Shown here in pieces: positions 53,410 through 64,000 of a stretch of 64,000 bases of DNA. The stretch lies in the NCBI RefSeq assembly GCF_009914755.1, contig NC_060927.1. One strand, 5' to 3'. The notes under the pieces were generated by a model. The model was not told the origin of the DNA. It worked only from the letters and a program-made list of their open reading frames with translations, and searched no databases. How positions within the stretch are numbered: the stretch's first letter is position 1; each line of letters begins with the position of its first letter. Source of the stretch: the human T2T-CHM13v2.0 reference genome, Homo sapiens. Made by a program: the position numbers and the translations under genes.

Positions 53410-54406
53410 TTATTTATTTTAATAATACAAGGATTGCTAAATAGGAATCATAAAAATAAATGAAATTTTATATGGCTGGCTATACCCTCCTTTTTTGTTT
53501 GTTTGCTTCTTCTCCTTCTACTTCTGGAAAATAACTCAGCTGCTTTATTTCTTGTACCAACTCCAGTTGTTTCTCCACCACCTTGAAGAATTTTGTAAGG
53601 TCCAGTCTTAAACAGTCTGTTCTCTCCTACAGATATCTCATCTCATGGCCTCTCTCCTCCAGAATCTATGTTGCGATTCTCTCACACTCAATTTTGTCTC
53701 TCATAGCCTGCCTGGGACTTCTATTTGACTTTAAACAAATAATGGCATTGCGTTAATCAGAGCATCTATGATGAAAGCAACCAAAGGAACATATAGGAAG
53801 CTATGAGAAGAGAAAACAGGGTCATTGTAGGGCGCTAATCCCGCCTGCATGGTAAGAAAAGGCTTTCCTAAGGCAGTGGTATTTACACACATGTGAGTAG
53901 GAGTTGGCCAGGAAATTGTTGGGGATGGGAGAGAAATATTCCAAACTGAGGCACCAGCATCTGGTAGGCCCTAAAACAGGAGTAAGTAAAATATGATCAG
54001 CATGACTGAAACTCTTTGGGTAATGGCCCAGGTCAGATAATTTTGTGATGGACTCATTGGAACCATAAATCCAGACTAAACACCTGTGTGTGTGTTGGGA
54101 GTTGAGAGGAGGGGAGTTGCACCAGAAGGAAGAAGGAAGGATTCCCCTGAAAGGAATAGATCTTCCCATTCTTTACAGTCCTAGGAAGGGAACATGGAAA
54201 AATAGGTCTTAGACTAGAGTGAAGAGAAATATTTTCTGCTATCTCTGGGGCCAAGGATCAGTTTGGCCTCTGGGTTCTAAGACATGGGCAGTCTGATGTG
54301 TTTATAGTGGGATTGAGGAGCTGAGAGTAGCTCCTTGCCACAAATATATGTCCAGAAGTGAGGAAGCAGAACAAGTTAGTACGAAGTCATGAGAAAGGGT
54401 TCGAAG

Positions 54407-54570
54407 CAGCATTGTCCAATGGAACTTTCTGCAATGATGAAAATGTTCTATATTCTTTGCAGTCCAGTATAGTAGCTACTGCGTACTTGAAATGGCTGGT
54501 GCTTGTGAGGAACTGAACTTTATTTTATGAAATTCTTACTTTATTTAAATAACCAAATGTAGCACATATT
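54407..54570 (+). mobile_element. MER3-like hAT element
   Basis: tgtccaatggaactttctgcaatgatgaaaatgttctata motif. Confidence 0.7.
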
Positions 54571-55009
54571 GAAGAGTACACATCTGTAGCAAAACTAGTG
54601 TGATAATTTGGCCTTGGGTCTATTGAGAAGATTAGAGAAAGGTGTACACATGCACACATGGGAAGTGAAGCAGTAGAGGAACATAATGTCTCTGGTAATG
54701 CCTCCACAGAGATGTCGGTGCCTAGAGAATCAGGATTTCATAATAGTCACATCCATAGAACGTTGGTGAGACATGATGAAGGGAGAAAAGACCCCAAGGG
54801 GCTTTTTCTTGCACAAGTATGAGGTAGAGCCTTGGGAAACGGTCAGAAATCACTAAGGGACAGTTTAGAGGATTCCTATTTCTAGCAATAGAGTGAGGGT
54901 GTCTTGTGTCATCATTAATACGTTATACTTGGCAAAATGTGACAAATTGAAACCAAAATGCCACAAATAATGGTTCTTTCATTCTTTTATTCATTTTTCT
55001 TGTTTAACT

Positions 55010-58000
55010 CTCAGGAAAATTTCAAAAGTAGCAGTGCCCTTAGTTCACAAGTCTGGCTAAGCTGATGCACTACACATGAACAGCAGTAGACATCTTTGCT
55101 TTCTTTCTCCCTCCCTCCTCTGTAACAAGCTTTTCTTGGTTGTCTTCACTTCTCCAGTTTTGGCCAACACTCAAGGTTAAACCACTTGTTTACTAAAGGC
55201 ACTCTTCATCACACACTGATCCAGATTAATTTTTGTAAGTGCCTGTTGTAAAAGTACACAGAGAGTTTGAAAAGGCAGGAAGCTGTTAGAACTTGTCACA
55301 AAAATCAGCACAAAGGCAGCAGGATTTGGAAGGCAAATTTTTCATTTGTAGTGAGATACAACTTCACTTCCTTGAGTTTTGGTGATGACGCCATTTGCTA
55401 GCATTATTCATGAATTTTAACAAATCAGATAAAACCACCACAGAATTCCTCTGCCATTTCTAATTGTGCCAACTGCAGTAGTATTGGATTTGTCTTCATG
55501 CTATCACCTTAATGTTTTCTGCTGCCATTAAAAATAGGTATTTTGATTGCACTAAGAGCAATGCGTGAGAAATGGTATGACCTGCTGTCTTTGTTCAGCA
55601 GATGATGAATTGACTGAGGCTGCAGAATGCACTTTTTACTATATACAGGTGAGACTAAGCTTCACCTGTTTACCTTCTCACAAGTCTCCACTGAGATGCC
55701 TTTAGAAAGAAAAAAATATTTTTCAAAAAAGCAATTGGTTATTATCTTCTTTTCATTCTTCCACCCTTTCTCTACCTTGATTTCATTGTAGCAGTTGTTG
55801 ATTATTTGCTGATTATGCGTTAGTTCCAAGTTAGCAGAGCACAGGGCCTGTGCACTATTAACTTAACATGCATTTTGTTTAGGAAATCTTTATCCTGTTG
55901 GATTCATGTTCCTTAGAGCAACATGCCAAAGGAAGGTTATCTTGTGGCCAGTGGAAATCATGCCATATATGGACTCCAAAGTTGACAATCTGCCTCTGAG
56001 TTCTGGCTCTGCCCATGGGAGAATTCAATTGAATATTTTTAGTCCTTCATCTCCTTATTTGTAAATGGGAAGTAAAAATTTATGCCGTGCCTATGTTTCA
56101 GGCTGGTAAAGGATCAAATAACATGATGCCAACATAAGTGCTTTATAAAATCTTACTATACTTGAAAGGTATTCAATTTTTATTCATCATTTTTACCTAC
56201 ACTGATTTCCAGAAAGAATTTTAGTTCAGTTACAACAGAAGATACATAGGCAATAGGACCGACTATTAAAACAAAGATAAAAGAACAAGAATTATATAAT
56301 AAAATAGCAGATAATTGTCCCAGAAAACCTAAGTTAAGCATAGTTGTAAGAGTTGAACACTAAATTTAGCTTTGAACTTCCTGGCAGCTAAGACAGAACA
56401 CAAAATACAATTAGACACAAAGGTCTCCATAATTTACAAACTGAAGCATGCTGGTTCATTAGGAGAGAAGGAAATTTTCCTCCCACAAAATTCTAAGAGG
56501 ACCATGGGTGAGATCATTATCTGGGCACACAGCTGTCCCTACTTGCCATACGACTTGAAGTAACTTGAAGTTACCTGTAGCCATATGACTGAGTGCTGGC
56601 CAATGGGATGTGAGCTGGACCACAGAAAACATTCCCTAGTGCTCTCCACTGCTACCAGCTGATGTATGGCTTGTGTAGAAGGCGGAAGGTGGGGACAGCC
56701 TGAGACCTGAATCCTTGCTTGCAACTGCTTACCCATTAGAAATACCTGCTTTTTACTTTATGTGAACAGGAAATAATACCTCTGTCATGTTGCAGATATT
56801 ATATATTTTACACAGTTTGCATACACTATAAAAAATATTTTCTAATTCTCAGCATTGTTGGATAGCATAATATCCAACTTTATACCTTAACAGTTTTATC
56901 TAAGAAAAAATTTTAAATGAACTTTATGGGCCATCTCATTTTATCAGAGATAAGAACATCTAAAGGTTCTGGGGAAAGGGAGTGAAACAAAAATGAGTAA
57001 TTTTATTTATGTGTTTGGGATGGTGGTGCCTGGGTAGAAAGGCAAGAAGGAAGATATAAGAATAGTTTTGGAGTATGAGACACGTCTAGGAAGACCTGTT
57101 CATTTGGGTACCTTAGTAGTGAAGGTACAATGGGCAATGAGAAGGCCTAGAGAAGGATGGGTCCTCCATAAATTTGGAGGAAGCTTGACAGTTTAGAAAG
57201 AAGGACAAGTTAAAAAAAAGGTAAGAAAAGGCCCAATCTGACTTTCTATATTCCTGTAGAGCCTAGCTTGCCTGGCAGGACATCAACATCCTCAGCTTTG
57301 TCTTGAAGCAAACAAGCACAGTTCATAGACCCTGCTGTAGAATGCTTTCTAAAATCCCCAAGATACTGTTGAGGTGTTTTGGGAATTTTATAAAGATAAT
57401 CAAGGATGAGAATATCAAAATTCTTTAAATGTAATTGTATTACCCGTTAAGCACAATTCTAGAACTTGCAGAATTGACTACTGAACTTCTCCAGTCTTTT
57501 GAGATTCAGTTTGAATAAGTGCATTGTGTTTAGATCTCATTCACCTCCAAGACAGATTTGTTTTAAGAATTCTCACCACACAGTCTCTGGGGCAGTCTTG
57601 CTAGGATTTTTACTGTGCCTTTCTTACACTAAAACTATTTGGCCCTTCCTACTTTAAGGATAAATACCTCACATTTTACATGTGGCTTCTAGGTATAGTT
57701 AAAGCTAAAGATTTAGTAGGGCTTGGGCAAATGATAGCATGGAGCTGACAGGGTAAAGCCAGCCTCCAGCTCTCAGCTTACAGTCAGGCCAGAACAGGTG
57801 TGCCAGGAGAAGATATAGACACAGTTGCTGATAAAGGCAGTTCAGGACCTAACCTGGAGAGCCCAGGAGCACAGGGCAAACTATGGTCTCAGACCAAACG
57901 GGCAGCAATTAATCTAGGATCAAGGTCCAATGTTAAACCATCATTGACATACAGAGATCAACAATGGAGAATGTAAAAAAAGAAACACTCAGAACCTACA

Positions 58001-60879
58001 TAGCCAGACTCTCAGGAGAAGCTCAATAAATATCAAGCTCCATGGCTTTCCCAAAGTTCCATTTTCCTTAGACCAAAATTTTTACTTCTCACCACTCCTA
58101 TAAAATCAGCAAACCACAGCTACTCTTCCTCAAACAATAGTTGGCTTTTGGAGTTTCAAAGAAAATGTAAAATATGGTTGACATCAAAATAATATGAGCA
58201 TCCAGAGACCATGTCATTTCTCTAAGTATTGTAAGTGCTACAGGGAAGTTTGAGTAACAACCATTTTACGATTCTATGAATAATGCAAGTTTCTCTCCCT
58301 TCAGGCTGATATATGGCTCTTTTGACACCATCACTTAAAGGAAAATGAAATCCACAAGTTACTTTTCTGTGCTTCTACCCAGGTAACTTATTTGTTCCAA
58401 AGAAAAGAATCAAGACGTCAATTAGAATTTTTGCCTGCTAAGAAAATATGAAATGAGAGATAGAACAATTATGCTTTTGACTCTTCTATGTGAATTTATG
58501 TCTTTGCAGCTCTAACCACTTCCTTCCACAACTAATAGGAATGAAGACGCATAGCAGCAAGTGTCACTTGAAGTTTAATTTCCTTTAAGAAAAGTATGAA
58601 TTAGAATCAAGGCACTGTCAGAGGTCACATGGTTTAACTTCTACTTACTAAATGAGATAATTAGCTCAATTATCTAATGTTAATTGAGCACTTACTCTCT
58701 GTGGCATGCACTTTTTAAAGTGCTTTCCAGATAGTACCTCCTCTAATCTTCATGAAAGCTCTGTTATCCTCATGTTAGAAATAAAGGAAACTGAGGCCCA
58801 GAGAGATTAAGTATTTGCACAGAGTCACATTGTAAGTAGCAAAGCCGGGATTTAAGCTCAGGAAATCTGACTCCTAGATCTGAAACACTGCATGATTCTG
58901 ATCCATTTATACAACTGCACAATGAACATAAGCACTAATTGCTTTATTCCTAAATGTTACTACTACGATTAGTATGGTATGTGATATTTTATTCGGAAAT
59001 ACACGTAAAACATTTACTGCATAATTCAAAGACCCAACTTCCTGTTTTTTCACTTAAGAATTGCCACTGCTATTTAAGGAGATGGACTTCACCTAATATC
59101 TGACAACTCTTCAGCCCCAAACAAGCAATCTGTGTAAGAAAAAAAAAATGAAGATATAAAGGAATCTGGTGCCAGAATCTTGACATTTCTAAGAGCATGT
59201 CCTTAGTAACTGGACCACAAATCACTGCCTTTAGAGTTCAAAGTTGCAGGAATGCTATTGAGGGCATTTTATCCTTTTACAGCAATCTATACCTGTGGCC
59301 TCTGGGCCTAAAACTCATGACAGATGGACTGGATACCATTAAAGTCATCTAGTGCATCATTCTTCTTTAGGTGTCCGTGCTGTGTTTGGAAATCATGTTG
59401 GCTCAAAGGTCTAACTTTTAGTACTGGCTGCACATGTGCCATGGGATTATTCCATTCTCTGGCTGTTGAGTCTGCTAAAATGGATGAACTTCATTTTTTT
59501 TTTTTGAAGGTACACCTGCAAAGCTCAATTTCTTTTTTAGAAAAACTGTCTATGTTCATACAAGCTCCGAATTACCTTCTCTTCTCCTCTTTGGTCCATT
59601 AGTTCCTGCTTTTCCAACCGGTAATGTCAAAATAAGTGGTCTGGCCTTTGAAATATTTAACATAAAATAGAAATAAATTAAAACTTGAGGTTGAATTTTC
59701 CAGTTTCACTTGGGTTCATTCAAGACTAATCTGCAGTTTGGAAAGAACACCCACCTCTAACCTTCTGAAGCAGTTTCACCAACACATCAACTTTATAATG
59801 TAGACTCTCCTAATAGGCCCTAGCATTCAAATTCTTTGTGTTCTTAGCACCGGAACAAAACTGCCACATTTCTGTTCACTATAGAGTCAAAGCTGTCATA
59901 ATCTGCTGTTATGTTTTACTGAATGTCCTCAAGCTGTCAAAATGTTTGCTATGTCTATCAAAATATGCTAAATTTACTTGGGGCACTGGGCATGAGCAGC
60001 AGCAGTGAAATCTTTCAGACAAATGAGGTTGGTTGAATAGCAAATATATGAAGGTTGAAATGAGAAAAGTGTAGGACAGAGCATGTCTTGCTACTAAATA
60101 TGATAAGTTCTATTATAAAGAAATGATTGATACTATTGGGACATTAATTTATCAATACAGGTGGAACCCAACTTGTTATATTCTTTTGTGGATATCCAAA
60201 GATAAAAATGTGTGCCTATTACAGGCTAATATATTGTGAGCTTTTATTATATTTTATTAATTTCCAGGTGGTATTCCAAAATATTTTCTATTTCAAATTA
60301 GTATGGATACTCCAAGCACCCACGGACAATCTTAAGAAGGCCCTAGATCATACTTTAGTAAACATAATATAGTAGAAATGTTGGAGGCTCATGACTACCT
60401 AAATTCTACGTCATGGAAGAGCACTTCTTTCTACCCATATTTGAAACTAAAAACCACTTTGATGTATGCTGTTCATTATGCATAGCTGCAGAATTCAAAA
60501 TTCATTGACTAAGAGAGAAGAAAATTATTCATTTACAGTTAAATTCCTATGGTTTATTTTTTATGCAGAGTTAAAATGAAAAATTCTAATTTTGTTTTTA
60601 TTGGCATTGTTCCAGGATTTACAAAATGAGTGGGAGACTCGTCCCTCATAAGGGATCTTGGGACAACAAAGTGCCAGAATCAGCTTAGAAAAGGAGCTGT
60701 GCCACTTAGGGTGAGTGAGACAGGAGGAAATTTTTTGCAAACTGGGTATGCATATTTGCATTTGCTGAGTTCTATGTCCGTATTAAATGCAAGAACAATT
60801 ATTCCTGGAGGTCACCTTAGAGATCTGGCTTTCTTCACTCACAGCCATAATTTTTTGTTTCCCCAAAATATGTTGATCT
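55010..60879 (-). pseudogene. Candidate decayed multi-exon gene nested in WDR49 intron (family not identified)
   Basis: Five strong minus-strand acceptors, several plausible donors, and protein-like frames with scattered stops; the few interspersed repeats fall in the inferred introns. See findings. Confidence 0.5.
58680..58880 (-). mobile_element. MIR
   Basis: aaggaaactgaggcccagagagattaagtatttgcacagagtcaca MIR core. Confidence 0.8.
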
Positions 60880-61129
60880 CTAAGAAAAAAATTTTTTCCA
60901 ACAATAAATAGTTCTTTCTTGATAGTAATGAAATTCAGTGAAGCAATTTCAAACTAAAGAATATTATTTGGCCCAAAGAACTGAGGGGCAAAGCTACCAA
61001 GCACATTGTGTTAAATCCAGGCCTAACCAATTATTTTTAATTCTCTGCTATAACAATTAAGTGTATTTTTTTAATGCTTAAAGAAAAATATCTCTGTGTT
61101 TCATTCTAGGCTCCTTCATGAACAACTCA

Positions 61130-61351
<222 letters not shown>

Positions 61352-61732
61352 TCAACTATTTCTATAAGGATGGATCTTCTTTTTCCTTCAACAGGTGCCT
61401 TTGAAAAGAAACTCAACTTAGCAACAGAATTCCAAAATGAAAGTACAAACCTTTCAAGGCATACGATCAGGAGGCAAAATGTTCAAGCTGAGGTAGGAAA
61501 TGAAAGCCCTCAACCCTCTCACTTATTTGATTCTAGAGTTTATTTTCAAAATTTACAGTTGAATGCTTTTAAAATGGTATTTTTACCCCTTCCTTATACT
61601 CTGTTTAACCTGGCTTGATTAAAAATGTGTAAAGCTTTCCCCACATTTATAGTAACTGACACAGAAAACAACTTCCAATCCTCATTTTAAATGCATTAGA
61701 AAAGCACCTTCCCAAAAATCTCTTTAACTAAC

Positions 61733-61890
61733 CTTGCTTCCATTAACATGTTGTAGTTTTCAATTCCACTTTCTTGTCTGGAAGAGTTAGATGACAAAGC
61801 TGCAGAGTTTCCCTACCAATGAAGTACTTGACTCTGAATGCCACCTTCCCAGCAATGTGGAGTTGTTTGTTTCATCTGTTCTGATCCTTT
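61733..61890 (-). other. WDR49: Probable non-coding first exon of WDR49 (5' end uncertain)
   Basis: Donor AAG|gttagt at 61733/61732, upstream of the acceptor at 61398 and adjacent to the X-box. Confidence 0.5.
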
Positions 61891-61895
61891 TGTAT

Positions 61896-61908
61896 GTTTC
61901 CTGGCAAC
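61896..61908. promoter_or_regulatory. RFX X-box (GTTTCCTGGCAAC)
   Basis: Matches GTNRCC-N-RGYAAC closely with a perfect GGCAAC half-site; a forkhead-type TGTTTGT lies at 61864-61870; expected position for a ciliary gene promoter. Confidence 0.7.
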
Positions 61909-62384
61909 CAACACAAAGCCAACTAAAACTTTCCCTTTCACTTCCCCCTCTCCAACTGAAAGTTTAAATATATAATGTAAATGTTGAAATGGTTTTTTTT
62001 GAAATAAAAGGACAGTTCATTCCACTCATTTTTTATTAAACGACATCTTGTATTATTTAAAGACAACTTTTACCATTATATAGGATATATATTATGAAAC
62101 TATATGATTAGTCAAAGAGAAAAGCATGAAATTCTGGAATTTTATGTTTTATACACAGAAAATGTTTTATTTTTATATAAAAGGAATCTGTTTCTTATAT
62201 TCTTTTTGTCTTAGTTTCTATGTATATAAAATAGAGATGGTTCAAAAAAGCTTCCAACTTGTTGAAAATGTGATAAAAAAACACAGCATAACATAATATG
62301 ATAAATCTAATGATAAAATTGCTTGCAGTGTCATTACTGGTTCAGCTAATAATAATGAAAAGGAGGAGAAAAAGAAGAAAAATT

Positions 62385-62890
<506 letters not shown>

Positions 62891-62895
62891 CTGCA

Positions 62896-63249
62896 TGTAT
62901 TAGTCTGTTTTCACACTGCTAATGAAGACATACCTGAGACTGGGTAATTTATAAAGGAAAGAGGTTTAATTGACTCATAATTTCACATGGCTGGGGAGGC
63001 CTCAAAATCATGACAGAAAGCTAATGAGGGCAAAGTCATGACTTACATGGCAGTAGGCAAGACAGCATGTGCAGGGTAACTCCCATTTATAAAACCATCA
63101 GATCTCATGAGACTTATTCACTACCAGGAGAACAGTATGGGGAAACCGCCCCCTTGAGTCAATTATCTCCACCTGGCCACGCCCTTGTCATGTGAGGATT
63201 ATTACAATTCAAGGTGAGATTTGGGTGGGGACACTGCCCAACTGTATCA
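62896..63249 (-). mobile_element. THE1B/C-like solo LTR
   Basis: tgtattagtc...actgtatca, 354 bp; perfect 5-bp TSD ctgca at 62891-62895 and 63250-63254. Confidence 0.93.
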
Positions 63250-63515
63250 CTGCACTTTAGATGGATGTGCCCGTTGCACTTTATTTTCACTTCTGTAAAC
63301 TAAAAAGTTGGCATTACATCTTCTCTAGGGTCTCTTCCGGCTCTAACATTCTCTGAGCTGGTGTTCACTAGAGGCATGGTACAGAACAGAGAGAAGAGCA
63401 TCCTGTAGGAGTTCCTGTACCCATTATAGAAAAAAATGAAGTTTCATTCATGCTTTCATTTTTTCATCCATCTCTCATTATTCTTTCAAAAAAAACATTT
63501 ATTAAGAGCCTAATA

Positions 63516-63837
<322 letters not shown>

Positions 63838-64000
63838 GCCTAATATATGTCAAGTCCTGAATTGTGACCTGGTGCCTGCCATAAGGGCTTTACAGTCTAG
63901 TCAGGGCAATTATCCGTCTAGCTCATCTTTAATGCCAATTCCAACCTCTTGTGTTCAGTGTTCCAACACAGTGCTGTGTTCAGAGCATTCTGAAGCCATA

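Noticed and set aside
59324-59602. 92-aa plus-strand ORF
   Set aside because: Ser/Phe-rich composition typical of an antisense shadow of the minus-strand exon-like segment; no independent support.
60748-60761. Octamer/palindromic POU-like motif atgcatatttgcat
   Set aside because: Short AT-rich motif expected by chance in 64 kb; no supporting context.

Overview
Primate, almost certainly human, genomic DNA: AT-rich and repeat-dense, with Alu, L1PA/PB/M, THE1/MLT and Tigger elements. The window holds the 5' part of WDR49 (CFAP337, a ciliary EF-hand/WD40 protein) on the minus strand. I assembled six coding exons by hand from GT-AG boundaries (61160-61324, 34751-35191, 29367-29543, 28329-28503, 12201-12368, 10027-10175); they give 1275 nt, or 425 in-frame codons, and the gene continues beyond position 1. 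A probable non-coding first exon lies beside an RFX X-box. The main unexplained signal is a repeat-poor ~6 kb block in the first coding intron (~55.0-60.9 kb). It carries five strong minus-strand splice acceptors and protein-like reading frames broken by stops, which suggests a decayed multi-exon gene nested in WDR49. Other highlights: an L1PA insertion with a 3' transduction inside a complete THE1D provirus; a frame-restoring 124-nt candidate alternative exon; and a sense-oriented THE1 solo LTR with an intact splice donor just upstream of the gene. Gene and repeat subfamily names come from recognition, not from database searches.
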